The translations under genes were made by a program, and so were the position numbers. Positions 53,201-62,679 of a stretch of DNA of 64,000 nucleotides are shown piece after piece. This DNA is from Chiloscyllium plagiosum. Lineage: Eukaryota. The DNA lies in contig NC_057719.1 of NCBI RefSeq assembly GCF_004010195.1, forward strand, positions 77,915,929 through 77,979,928, in the 5' to 3' direction. Within the stretch, counting starts at the first letter, position 1. The number at the start of each line of letters is the position of its first letter. The notes under the pieces are model-generated. The model had not been told where the DNA came from and made no database searches. It worked only from the letters and a program-made list of their open reading frames with translations.

Positions 53201-56194
53201 GTTAGTGAGATACAGTTTCCCATGCATAAAACCATTTGCAAGAAAGCAAGAATTCTATTTCCTTCGGGGTGCTGTGTGCTGATCAGTTGTTTAGTGCTTG
53301 ATTGAAGATTCATATCTGTAGAATAAACTAATATTGATTGTGTTTTATGTTGCAACAAAAAAATTGATTTCATGTACAGTTAAATATGATCTGTAACATA
53401 AGTCCAGATCAGAAGTTAAGTGCCCCAAAGTGCTGTTTTGTTTGGTGAATGGTTGGTTGATTGTTTTTCATAAATTCCTATTTCTACTCTGTAAATTGGT
53501 TTCCTTACTTGCTGTCACCAAATTTGTCCTTTCTTTGTTGTCTCCTTTTTGAACCTGTAGTTTGAGCACCCACCATTAGTTTGACTGCTAGTAATGCAGT
53601 CTAGAACAAGTCATTATTTTATTTTTGTTAAATTGTGTCTATGCTTCAAACAATTCCTTGTTCATATTGCAAAAAATAGTCTCAGAATACTGGATTGAAA
53701 AGCAACCAAAAGGCCATCATAATACCATCATAAAAAATTAATATATACAGGGTGAAAATGTCATTTTAACTCGATGAGGCTCCTACATTTACCTACTTTC
53801 ATTCGGTGAACAATTTCAAATGATTTATCATTACTTAAATCCAGTAAAACATCTCTTATTCTTGAGGAAGAGTAACCAGACCCCTAACGTTATCTTTGAT
53901 TTCTGGTCACAGATGCTGTCAGACCTGCTGAGCTTTCCCAGCAACTTCTGTTTTTTATTTCACTTATTTCCATTTATCTCCTCTGTACTTACTTTCCTGA
54001 TGCACTTTGATCTAAAAAGCTGCCAATTTCATTAGTGGGAAACAAGACAATCAAATCAACCATAGAATTATTATATTAATAATGGACCAAACTTGAGAAC
54101 AGCATCCAACATTGATTTTGAAGGATAAGATGTTATCAGACCAACATTTATGGCATTTTTTAAGAAATTGGCATCCCAAGCATCTTAAATAAAACCCAAA
54201 AATATGTCACGTTACAAAGTTCCACACTAAAGTCTGCTGTGTAAACATTGAAAGGAGTGTGAATCATGGGGATACATTACATGATACATTTTCTGAAATA
54301 TAGGAATCAAAGGATGGTCTAAGAACAAATCTAGAAGTTAGAGGCTAGTATGTTCAACCACGAATGATGAGAGTGTTTTTAGAAATGAGCTTGAATCAAA
54401 TCATCGGGCCAGGTTTGATAAAAGCAAATTTAGTTTAAATAATTCAATCTTTTTTTAATGAAAGGTAATTGATAAGGGAAGGCAATTAATTTAGTAATTA
54501 TCAGCTTCCAAAAGGGTGTCACATAATAAGCCCTTCCACAAAGTTGAGTTTCGTGGAATAAAAAGAATAGTGGTGATTTAATGGTATAAAACTGAGTAGT
54601 GGTGAATCAAAGATTTTGTTTGGTTTGGAAACAGTGAAAGGAACGTGGTGGGATTTTCCAAGGGGCTTAGAACCACTGCTTCTAATAATTCATATTAAAG
54701 GCTGGTCTTGGATGTACAGGACATAACTTCAAAATTTTCAAGCTTGGATGTATTGTGAACTATCTGGACAGTAATGATTCACAAACTGATGACATGGGCA
54801 GAAGAAATTTAAGGCAGAGAAGTGTAACGTAAATTGTGTGGAAAGAATAAGGTGAGGTGATATAGACTATAGGGTACAGTTCAAACAGTGGTGCAGGAAT
54901 ACAGAGAACTGGAGAGATGTGAAAAAAATTGAGGTTGAGAAAATGGTTAAAAGGAGATAAGGGATCTGGACTTTGCAACTAGCAGGCAGGCAGAAAATAG
55001 GTGTTGCGTTTTGTCTCCGCAGTGTAGAGGAGACCTCACTGTGAGCTGTGATTATAGTAGACTAGATTGAATGTAGTCATTAGTAAGTCACTGCTTCACC
55101 TGAAAAGTCTGTCTGGAACCTTGGGTAGTGAGGATGGAGGAAGGGAGTGGGCTGGTCTTGCATCATCTGTGGGAAAATGGGGGTTAGGGAGTAGAGAAGG
55201 AAAGCACAGGGTCATTTTGGAGTGAATGGTCTTTCCAAAATGCTGACAGGGGAAGGGGAAATGTCAGGTGATGGCATTGCATTGGAGGAAGCAGAAATGG
55301 TGGCTTATTATGTATTTGGATATGGATTCTGGTGTGTTCCTGGTAAATGAGGGCGAGGGGGTGTGAGAGAACCATCATTCACAAGGTGAACCAAGAGATG
55401 GCATTAGCTTGAAAATGGAGCAGGAAATGTGATCCGCTGAAATAACATTGTAACATAAAATAATTACCTATGAACTTGGAATGCATTGGCTTAATGTTAA
55501 GACTGCTGTGTGATATTGCATTGCTTCCCATATACTAAATTTAAAGTTCGTCTGTCGAATAGCTCTCCTTTATTTCAGCAATCATTTCTGTCCACCTCAC
55601 CCCACCCCAATCCATGTTCACTTTATTTCCCTTATTCTAGTCTAAGCTTCATTGTTTATGACAGTACTTCCAGTTGTCTTGACTCTGTTCCCAAAATTTT
55701 CTCCTTGAATGCCTGCACCTTGCAGCTGCCTCTTTGATCTTTGAACTTCATTCTGTTCAATTGTGGTTTTACTCACCATTTCTCAGTGCTGGTTTACTGC
55801 TCACCAAAATCTATGTAAAACAGTTGTAAACTGTATTGACAATGGAAAGTATGTTTATTTACAAGTTTATATTCAACACAAACTTACATCCCTCAGAATA
55901 TTGTCTGGATCCTTTTCAGGTAACCACAAAGGGATGCGAGACTGTTGAGATGACATTGAGGAGAAATGGCCTAGGCCAGCTTGGTTTCCATGTTAACTAT
56001 GAAGGCATTGTAGCAGATGTCGAACCCTATGGCTACGCATGGCAAGCAGGTCTCCGACAAGGCAGCCGGCTGGTGGAAATCTGTAAAGTTGCTGTGGCAA
56101 CTCTGACCCATGAACAAATGATTGATCTGCTACGAACATCTGTAACAGTTAAAGTGATCATCATTCCACCCCATGAAGATAGCACCCCTCGCAG
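20158..56194 (+). CDS. SIPA1L1: SIPA1-like RapGAP/PDZ protein (best match SIPA1L1/SPAR1), partial multi-exon CDS: join(20158..20288,24828..25016,31288..31462,34633..34736,41836..41993,42913..43486,55920..56194)
   Basis: Seven exons with AG/GT boundaries splice into one open frame (1606 nt). The product has RapGAP motifs ([43 protein letters not shown]) and a PDZ domain ([42 protein letters not shown]). [18 protein letters not shown] and YTPNNKQQ match SIPA1L1 as I recall it. Paralog call is from memory, not a search. Confidence 0.88.
20455..20860 (-). mobile_element. Decayed Deu-domain SINE
   Basis: cctcatctaaaccacagcatcttcaacaatgcaacacacccac...ctagattatgt resembles 9655-9965. Confidence 0.5.
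21800..23320 (-). mobile_element. Decayed CR1 LINE fragments
   Basis: Reverse-strand RT and 3'-region remnants (aaatccatttgccagg, gagcatctgcaaattt, atactgatccctaggg). Confidence 0.65.
23320..23545. mobile_element. PLE family A foldback mini-element with + strand hammerhead motif (CUGAUGA 23415-23421)
   Basis: Inverted arms ggaaaagcgcagg...gacatttcgagc / attcctgatgaagagcttatgcttgaaatgtcgac...cttttccagc; ccttccataagtat on both flanks. Confidence 0.8.
24828..25016 (+). CDS. SIPA1L1: SIPA1L1 coding exon: [32 protein letters not shown]...[13 protein letters not shown]
   Basis: ttcccag|CTT acceptor, GGG|gtgagt donor; 189 nt, phase 0 to 0. Confidence 0.94.
25240..29455 (+). mobile_element. Near full-length decayed CR1 LINE (ORF1 with esterase remnant, ORF2 endonuclease and RT, 3' UTR)
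   Basis: gtggtccaggtgcataccagtgatatagct (VHxGTND-like esterase motif); [27 protein letters not shown]...FTGDAKI (RT); 3' end at about 29455; many stops. Confidence 0.82.
26447..26528 (+). mobile_element. PLE family A short fragment nested in CR1, 13-bp duplication
   Basis: gcccgaaacgtcgattctcctgctccttggatgctgcc...cattttcag; tttcagttgcatg at 26426-26438 and 26523-26535. Confidence 0.85.
30230..30478. mobile_element. PLE family B foldback mini-element; intact + strand hammerhead core at 30393-30427
   Basis: Inverted arms around taagatatctta; cac-ctgatga-aggagcagcactcc-gaaagcta-gtg. Confidence 0.85.
30549..30700 (+). mobile_element. 5'-truncated V-SINE
   Basis: gtgaattggtcatgctaaattgcc...gggccgaagggcctgtttccacac...(aatct)n. 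Confidence 0.82.
31288..31462 (+). CDS. SIPA1L1: SIPA1L1 coding exon: [58 protein letters not shown]
   Basis: gaacag|CTT acceptor, AAAA|gtaagg donor; 175 nt, phase 0 to 1; translated by hand (not in the ORF track). Confidence 0.94.
31554..31753. mobile_element. PLE family A foldback mini-element, 13-bp TSD; + strand hammerhead core 31666-31693
   Basis: gtcttaattttcc at 31541-31553 and 31754-31766; ctgaaga-a-gggc(ttat)gccc-gaaac-gtc. Confidence 0.87.
32490..32830 (-). mobile_element. CR1 LINE 3' end
   Basis: catagaagcatagaaaataggaacagaagtaggccatttggccc tail and reverse ORF2 end. Confidence 0.75.
34633..34736 (+). CDS. SIPA1L1: SIPA1L1 coding exon: (T)[34 protein letters not shown]
   Basis: gttttcag|CT acceptor, CAG|gtaggt donor; 104 nt, phase 1 to 0. 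Confidence 0.94.
35282..35634 (+). mobile_element. V-SINE (older subfamily)
   Basis: tagtggatagcactgctgtctcacagcaccagggacccaggttcaattcc head, V-domain, gattctatgattcta tail. Confidence 0.85.
35725..36950 (-). mobile_element. CR1 LINE 3' portion, interrupted by a V-SINE (+ strand, 35878-36200)
   Basis: [35 protein letters not shown] head cacagtggttcagtggttatcactggtgcc. Confidence 0.82.
37380..37530 (-). mobile_element. PLE family B solo 3' end (hammerhead core mutated)
   Basis: ggaggtgccggtgttggactg...caccaggttatagtccaacagg...ccttcatcagg. Confidence 0.8.
37948..38083. mobile_element. PLE family A inverted mini-element with 16-bp TSD
   Basis: cacattggtacaccag at 37932-37947 and 38084-38099. 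Confidence 0.85.
38245..39470 (-). mobile_element. Decayed PLE family A 3' half (RT thumb, GIY-YIG, 3' end)
   Basis: [45 protein letters not shown]; terminus ggagaaagtgaggactgcag. Confidence 0.82.
40068..40345 (-). mobile_element. CR1 LINE 3' end
   Basis: Reverse complement of the 3' UTR seen at 15590-15925. Confidence 0.78.
40779..40972. repeat. Degenerate minisatellite, unit about 29-30 bp, about 7 copies (ccctcaattcacaccctccctc...)
   Basis: Recurring ccctcaat(t/c)(c/g)ac motif. Confidence 0.8.
41529..41652 (+). mobile_element. PLE family B solo 3' end (hammerhead core damaged)
   Basis: accacctgatggagcatcgctcggaaagctagtgcttcc...gtccaacactggcatctcc. Confidence 0.82.
41836..41993 (+). CDS. 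SIPA1L1: SIPA1L1 coding exon with catalytic Asn thumb: [52 protein letters not shown](S)
   Basis: atttcag|CTT acceptor, CAG|gtgagt donor; 158 nt, phase 0 to 2. Confidence 0.95.
42913..43486 (+). CDS. SIPA1L1: SIPA1L1 coding exon (end of RapGAP domain and linker): [17 protein letters not shown]...VKEIVKRLE
   Basis: tttttgcag|T acceptor, GAG|gtaagt donor; 574 nt, phase 2 to 0; lies within ORF 42851..43540. Confidence 0.95.
43738..43886 (+). mobile_element. PLE family A fragment preceded by a 28-bp tandem duplication
   Basis: gctcctcacttacctct(c/t)ctgctgaagt twice, then gggcttatgcccgaaacgtcgattctcc. Confidence 0.75.
44880..45955 (-). mobile_element. CR1 LINE 3' portion, interrupted by a family A palindrome
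   Basis: [29 protein letters not shown]...[22 protein letters not shown]. Confidence 0.88.
45635..45852. mobile_element. PLE family A foldback mini-element (both hammerheads mutated)
   Basis: gggcataagcccttcatca-ttcc-tgatgaagggcttatgccc centre with long inverted arms. Confidence 0.85.
46648..46880 (-). mobile_element. CR1 LINE 3' end
   Basis: atagagtcatagag tail and reverse ORF2 end. Confidence 0.78.
46931..47062. mobile_element. PLE family A inverted mini-element; + strand hammerhead core 46996-47023 without stem I
   Basis: ggagaaagtgaggactgcagatgc...gcagc|ctgaagaagggctcatgcccgaaacgtc. Confidence 0.82.
47418..47474. repeat. Short tandem repeat, 18-bp unit (tgggtacatgttg(t/a)ctc), about 3 copies
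   Basis: Read directly. Confidence 0.8.
48102..48230 (+). mobile_element. PLE family A-related solo 3' end with flanking duplication
   Basis: attcctgatgaagtgtttttgcccgaaac...catctgcagtc; tattgcttaaag on both sides. Confidence 0.75.
48745..50500 (+). mobile_element. CR1 LINE 3' portion, split by a Penelope-like insertion
   Basis: [39 protein letters not shown] to 48910; resumes at about 49875 and runs to the 3' UTR. Confidence 0.82.
48912..49872 (-). mobile_element. Penelope-like element (family C, Poseidon-like) 3' half
   Basis: [26 protein letters not shown]...[30 protein letters not shown] (GIY-YIG); terminus agatttgtagctc shared with the copy at 4841. Confidence 0.9.
50529..50895 (-). 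mobile_element. PLE family C short copy with inverted end and 10-bp TSD
   Basis: acatattttt at 50519-50528 and 50896-50905; 50841-50895 is an inverted copy of about 50571-50624. Confidence 0.8.
51525..51870 (-). mobile_element. CR1 LINE 3' end
   Basis: gcagaagtaggccattcaaccc... tail type. Confidence 0.72.
53030..53235 (-). mobile_element. CR1 RT fragment
   Basis: [35 protein letters not shown]. Confidence 0.82.
55010..55330 (-). mobile_element. Old PLE (family A-like) internal remnant
   Basis: Resembles 38820-39140 (gtagaggagacctc, aatggtctttccaaaatgctgacagggg). Confidence 0.55.
55920..56194 (+). CDS. SIPA1L1: SIPA1L1 coding exon, PDZ domain: [25 protein letters not shown]...[11 protein letters not shown](R)
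   Basis: ccttttcag|GTA acceptor, CAG|gtatgt donor; 275 nt, phase 0 to 2. Confidence 0.94.
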
Positions 56195-58746
56195 GTATGT
56201 TCCCTGAACTGAAGTTTTTGCTGCTCCACCCAAATTCAGCTTATTATATTCCACAGTCACAGCCCTTCCCTACCTGTTTCATGTTCACAGATCTTCACCT
56301 TATAACCCCTAGTTTTTCCCAACCTTCACTATTTTGATTCTCTCCCTCCCTAACTTTGGAATTCTTTCCCATAGAGGGCTATAAAGGCTTGGGTCATTGA
56401 GTGTCTTCAAGGCTGATTTTTTAATTGTAAAAGAATCAAGGAGGCCAAGGCAGGAAAGTGGAGTTGAGGATCATAAGATAAGCCATGGTCTCATTGGATG
56501 GTGGAGCAGACTCAATGAGCTGAATTGCTTGCTTCTGCTGTGCCACATGCTCTTATGGTTATGCTTTATTGAGCCTTTGCAAACTTCATTTGACTATGCT
56601 GTTCATCAATCACATAGTTTATCTCAAACTATTCAGTTATCAATGATGTTCATTTTTTTGTCTTTCGGAAGCATTGTATCAGCATTTATTTATTCTCTAT
56701 CTACAATGCTTTTTTTAAAAAAAATTGAATTTAAACCTTTGAGAATGTTGCCAAACAATTGAACAGTGGAAGGTTGCCCATGTCAATAGAGCAAACTTTC
56801 TATAAGTATGAAATTGACTGATTAGACTACCTTGTCTGGATAAGCATTGTGTTGCATTACGTTTTGGTTAGTGAAGCTATGTAAATCTGAAAATTCTTGA
56901 ATTAACCTTCCATTGGTCCTTAGCTTGACTGATTTAAGCTTCAGATTACGGACAGAGCAATCAGCTTGCCAGAAGGAAGTTTCTGCTCATTAAGAAATGA
57001 TGAACATATGAAGATTTCAGCAGAATCTACTCAACAGCAGTATTTGTAATTAACTCAGTTCAATATTTCAGTGGGAGAACACTGTCGATGACAATCTTTG
57101 TGCTGTCCTCTCTTAGGAAGTCATGCTGTGTTCTATGTTGCACAAATGGCCTTATAGTGATATTCTTCAAATGACTACAAAAAGTTTAATAGGTTGTCAC
57201 AAATATTGTGACCATTCCCGAGCCAGGGTTCATAAGAACGTAAGAACTTGAAGCAGGAGCAGGCCATCTGGCCCTTTGAGCCTGCTCTGCCATTCAATAA
57301 GATCATGGCTGATCTTTCCATGACTTACCCACCTAGCTCAGCTCCACTTACCCACTCTCTGACCATAATCCTTAATTCCATTACTGTTCAAAAAGTTATC
57401 TACCTTAGCTTTAAAAACTTTTATTGAAGAAGCCTCGACCGCTTCACTGGGCAGGGAATTCCATAGTTTCACAGAGTTCTTCGTGCAGAAGTTAGTTCTC
57501 AATTCATTCCAAAATCTGCTCCCTCTAATTTTGAGGCTATTCCCTCTTCTAGTTTCATCCACCAGTGGAAACATCTATTCCTTTCATAATTTCATATGTT
57601 TCTATATGATCCCCACTCATTATTCTAAATTCCAATGAATATAATCCCAGTCTACTCCATCTCTCCTCATAAGGCTTAACTCTAGAATCAACCGAGTAAA
57701 CCTCCTCTGCACCCTCTTTAGTGCCAGTACATCCTTTTTCAAGTAAGGAAACCAAAACTGCATACAGTACTTGAGGTGTGGCCTCACCAGCACCTTGTAC
57801 AGCTGCAGTGAAACCAGTCTGCTTTTGAACTCAACTCCTTTAACAATGAAGGCCAAAATTCCATCTGCCTTCCTAATTACCTGTTGAACCTGCAGACCAA
57901 CCCTCTGTGATTCATGCACAAGGACACCCAGGGTCCTCTGCATAGCAGCATGCTGCAATTTTTTCACTATTCAAATAATAGTCCTTTTTTACTGTTATTC
58001 CTACCAAAATGGATGATTTCATATTTACTAACATTGTACTCCATCTGTCAGAACTTTGCTCATTCACTTTAACTAACTATGTCCCTTTGCAAAGTTTCAC
58101 AGTCCTCTGCACGCTTTGCTCTTCCACTCGTCTTAGTCATCCGCAAACTTTGACAGACTACATGTCCCCAACTCCAAATCGCGTATGTAAATTGTGAATA
58201 ATTGCATCCCAACACTGACCCCTGAGGCACGCCACTAGTGACTGACTGACTGACTGCCAACCAGAATTGGACTCAGTTATTCCCATTCTTTGCTTCCTCT
58301 TGGTTAACCAATCATCTATCTATGCTAATACTTTGCCTGTAATACCTTGCATCTTTATCTCATGCAACAGCCTTTCGTGTGGCACCTCGTTGAATGGTTT
58401 TGGAAGTCTAGATGCACATCTGCTGGGTCCTCATTGTCCACCATGTTTGTAATGTCTTCATAGAATTCCAAAAGATTAGTTAAGCATGATCTGCTCTTTA
58501 TGAACCCATGCTGCTTCTGCCCAATGAGCACTATTTATCTAGATGCGTTGGTATTTCTTCCTTGATAATTGACTCAAGCATTTTCCCTACTATAGAAGAT
58601 AAGCTAACTGGTCTATAATTCCCCATCTTTTGCCTACCCCCCTTTTTAAACAATGGTGTCACATTTGTTGTTTTCCAACCTGCTGAAACTGCCCCAGAGT
58701 CTAATGAATTTTCTTGAACAGTATGTAATAGAACCGGGGAATTTAT

Positions 58747-59081
58747 TTAGATTAGATTCCCTACTGTGTGGAAACAGGCCCTTTGGCCCAACAAGTCCAC
58801 ACCGGCCCAACAAGTCCACACCGACCCTCCAAAGAGTCACCCACCCAGTCCCATTTCCTTCTGACTAATACACCTAACACTAGGGGCAATTTAGCATGGC
58901 GAATTCACCTGACTTGCACGTCTTTGGACTGTGGGAGGAAACCAGAGCACCCAGAGGAAACCCACGCAGCCACTGGGAGAACATGCAAACTCCACACAGA
59001 CAGTCACCCGAGGCTGGAATCGAACCTGGGACCCTGGTGCTGTGAGGCAGCAGTGCTAACCACTGAGCCACCGTGCCGCCC
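58747..59081 (-). mobile_element. V-SINE (HE1-like), young copy
   Basis: gggcggcacggtggctcagtggttagcactgctgcctcacagc head on the minus strand; internal 19-bp duplication ggcccaacaagtccacacc. Confidence 0.9.
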
Positions 59082-59082
59082 C

Positions 59083-59383
59083 ATTAGATTAGATTAGATT
59101 CCCTACAGTGTAGAAACAGGCTGTTTAACCCAACAAATCCACACTAACTCTCCGAAGAGTAACCCACCCAGACCCGTTTCCCTCTGATTAGTGCACCTAA
59201 ACCCGTGGGCAATTTGGCATGGCCAATTCAGCTAACCTGCTCATCTTTGGACTGTGGAAGGAAACTGGAGCACTCTGGAGAAAACCACGCAAATGTGCAA
59301 ACTCCACACAGGCAGTCGTCCGAGGCTGGAATCGAACCGGATCCCTGGCACTGTGAGGCAGCAGTGCTAACCACTGAGCCACC
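59083..59383 (-). mobile_element. V-SINE, head-to-tail with the previous copy
   Basis: Same architecture; (ttaga)n tail abuts the neighbour's head. Confidence 0.88.
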
Positions 59384-60944
59384 AAGCTATCCTAGATCTG
59401 GTCCTATGTAATGAGACAGGAAAAATTAATGATGTCATAGTTCGGGATCCTCTTGAAAGGAGTGATCACTATGTTTAAATTTAGAATATAGATGGAAAGT
59501 GTGAAGGTAAAATCCAATCCAAGGCCTGGGTTTAAACAAAGGAGGCTACATTAGTTTATCACAAATTACCATTTGTTATTTCTCCCACATACTCTTTTAG
59601 CATACAGCAATGCATTCCATTCGGGCCATGAGACCTGTGTACTCTTAGGTCCGTTAGCTTGCCCAACACAACCTCTTTCATGATCATGATTGTTTCCACC
59701 TACATTCGTCCCTTTGGCAATTGCTCACCTATTATTCGTGTCCTCTGTTGTGAAGACCAACACAATACCTATTCAATGCCTCAGCCATTTCCTCATATCC
59801 TCATACTAAATCCCCGTTCTCACCCTCGAAAGGACCGATATTTACGTTAGTCAATTTTTTTGTTTTATTTATTTTTTATATATATATATATAGAAATGTT
59901 TGCTATCTGTCTTAATATTCTGAGCTAGTTTTTCTCATAATCTATCTTACTTTTCTTCATAACTCTTTTTGTGGTTTTCTGTTGACATTTAAAGCTTTCC
60001 CAATCTTCTAGTTTCCTGCTGATCTTGGCCACTTTGTAAGCTTTATCTTTGAATTTGATAGCCTTCCTTATTTCCTTAGGCACCTGACAGATTACCCCTT
60101 TTCTTATAGTCCTTCATTTTCACTGGTATGTACTTTGGCTGAGCACTTTGAAAAATTGCTTTGAAAGTCCTCCACTGTTAGTCAATGTCCCACCATAAAG
60201 TCTTTGTTTCCAGTCTACTTTAGCTAATTCCTCTCTCATCCTATTGTAGTTTCCCTTATTTAAGCACATGACCCTAGTATTGGATTTTAACTTCATACTT
60301 TCCATCTATATTCTAAATTCAACCATACAGTGATCGCTGCTTCCAAGAGGCTCCCTAACTATGACATAATTAATTCTCCCTGTCTTATTACACAGGACCA
60401 CTTGCTCCCTCCCCAGTTCCATTATGTACTGTTCAAGAAAACTATCGTGGGCACATTCAATGAACTCTTGCTCAAGGCTAACCTGACTGACCTGGTTTGA
60501 CCAATCGACGTGTAGATTAAAATCCCCCATGATAATTGTCGTACTATTTTACAGGCATTAGTTATTTCTTTGTTTATTGCCTGCCCCTATGTGCTATTAT
60601 TATTTTGTGGCTGAAAGACTTCACCTATGAGTGCCTTTTTCTTCTTAGAATTTCTAATTTTCACCCAAATGGATTCTCCATAGAACCTATATCATCTCTC
60701 GCCACCGCCCTGATGTTGTCCTTAAATATCAGAGCTACATTATCTCCCTGCCTGTCCTTCCAAATAGTCTGATTCCCCTGGATCTTTAACTCCCAGTTAT
60801 GATCATCTTGCAACCATGTCTCCACAATGGCTACTAAATCATATTCACTCATGATGTTTTGTGCCATTAACTCATCTAACAATTTTATCATTGCCTCAGA
60901 TGGATATCCTGATTGTTGTCCTTCTGGGTGAGGAGCGATTAACT

Positions 60945-62110
60945 TTTTACAAATATATATTAAGAACAAAAGGATAGATAGGGAAAGAATAGGGCCCCTC
61001 AAAGATCAGCAAGGCAGCCTTTGTGTGGAGCCACAGAAAATGGGGGAGATATTAAATGAATATTTTGCATCAGTATTTACTGTGGAAAAGGATCTGGAAG
61101 ATATAGACTGTAGGGAAATAGATGGTGATAACTTGCAAAATGTCCAGATTACAGAGGAGGAATTGCTGGATGTCTTGAAACGGTTAAAAGTGGATAAATC
61201 CCCAGGACCTGATCAGGTGTAACCAAGAACTCTGTGGGAAGTTAGAGAAGTGCTTGCTGGGCCTCTTGCTGAGATATTTGTATCATCGATAGTCACAGGT
61301 GAGGTGCCGGAAGATTGGAGGTTGGCAAACGTGGTGCCACTGTTTAAGAAGGGCAGTAAAGGCAAGCCAGGGAACTATAGGCCGGTGAGCCTGACCTCAG
61401 TAGTGGGCAAGTTGTTGGAGGGAATCCTAAGGGACAGGATGTACATGCATTTGGAAAGGCAAGGACTGATTCGGGATAGTCAACATGGCCTTGTGTGTGG
61501 GAAATCATGTCTCACAAACTTGATTGAGTTTTTTGAAGAAGTAACAAAGAAGATTGAGGGCAGAGCAGTAGATGTGATCTATACGGACTTCAGTAAGGCA
61601 TTTGACAACGTTTCCTGTGGGAGACTGATTAGTAAGGTTAGATCTCATGGAATACAGGGATAATTAGCCATTTGGATACAGAACTGACTCAAAGGTAGAA
61701 GACAGAGGGTGGTGGTGGAGGGTTGTTTTTCAGACTGGGCAAATCTTATCAGGACTTATACACTTAATGGAAAGGTCCTAGGGAGTGATGCTGAACAGAG
61801 ACACCTTGGAGTGAAGGTTCATAGTTCCTTGAAAGTGGAGTCGTAGGTAGATAGGATAGTGAAGAAGGTTGGTATGCTTTCCTTTATTGGTCAGAGTATT
61901 GAGTTCAGGAGTTGGGAGGTCATGTTGCATTGGTTAGGCCACTGTTGAAATATTGCATGCAATTCTGGTCTCCTTCCTGTCAGAAAGATGTTGTGAAACT
62001 TGAAAGAGTTCAGAAAAGACTTACAAGGATGTTGCCAGGGTTGGAGGGTCTGAGCTACAGGGAGAGGCTGAACGGGCTGGGGCTGTTTTCCGTGGAGCGT
62101 CAAAGTCTGC
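60945..62110 (+). mobile_element. Relatively young CR1 LINE ORF2 fragment with internal deletions
   Basis: KSPGPDQV; VPEDWRLANVVPLFKKGSKGKPGNYRPVSLTSVVGKLLE; DVIYTDFSKAFD. Confidence 0.92.
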
Positions 62111-62276
62111 GGGGTGTCCATCTTGAGCCATGTTTCTATAATTGCTATGATATCCCAGTCCCATGTTCCTATCCATCCCCTGAGTTCATCTGCCTTCCAT
62201 GTTAGGCCCCTTGCATTGAAACCGAAAATGTGTTGCTGGAAAAGCGCAGCAGGTCAGGCAGCATCCAAGGAGCAGG

Positions 62277-62316
62277 AGAATCGACGTTTCGGGCATGAGC
62301 CCTTCTTCAGGATTCC
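62277..62316 (-). ncRNA. Minimal type-I hammerhead motif (family A), antisense to the host gene
   Basis: GGAAUC-CUGAAGA-A-GGGC(UCAU)GCCC-GAAAC-GUC-GAUUCU; 6-bp stem I. Confidence 0.75.
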
Positions 62317-62347
62317 TGAAGAAGGGCTCATGCCCGAAACGTCGATT
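62312..62347 (+). ncRNA. Minimal type-I hammerhead motif (family A), sense to the host gene
   Basis: AUUC-CUGAAGA-A-GGGC(UCAU)GCCC-GAAAC-GUC-GAUU; helix III palindrome ACGU. Confidence 0.72.
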
Positions 62348-62679
62348 CTCCTGCTCCTTGGAAGCTACCTGACCTGCTGCGCTTTTCCAGCAACACATTT
62401 TCGGCCATGATCTCCAGCATCTGCAGTCCTCACTTTCCCCTTGCATTGAAAGAAGTGCAGTTTAATTTATTAATCCTACCTTGTCCCTGCCTGCCCTGAC
62501 TGTTTGACTCATTTCTGTTCTCAACTGTACCAGCCTCAGATTGACCTCTTTCCTCACTATCTCCCTGGGTCCCACTCTCCCACCTTACTAGTTTAAATAC
62601 TCCTGAGCAGCTCTAGCAAATCTCCCTGCCAGTATATTAGTCCCCTTCCAATTTGGGTGCAATCCGTCTTTCTTGTACA

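Larger units (their letters stand above)
57230..60880 (-). mobile_element. Long decayed CR1 LINE (3' UTR, RT, endonuclease), interrupted by two V-SINEs
   Basis: LYKVLVRPHLKYCMQFWFPYLKKD; VTSGVPQGSVLG; MGDFNLHVDWS; YDLVAIVETWL. Confidence 0.87.
62222..62436. mobile_element. PLE family A near-perfect foldback mini-element with 15-bp TSD and two opposed hammerheads
   Basis: Arms 62222-62312 and 62314-62404 (91 bp, 2 mismatches by eye); ccccttgcattgaaa at 62207-62221 and 62437-62451. Confidence 0.92.

Noticed and set aside
59000..59081. tRNA gene
   Set aside because: This is the tRNA-derived head of a V-SINE, continuous with the SINE body and repeated many times in the window.
62114..62446. Near-identical ORFs on both strands ([11 protein letters not shown]...)
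   Set aside because: A consequence of the palindrome, not a protein-coding gene.
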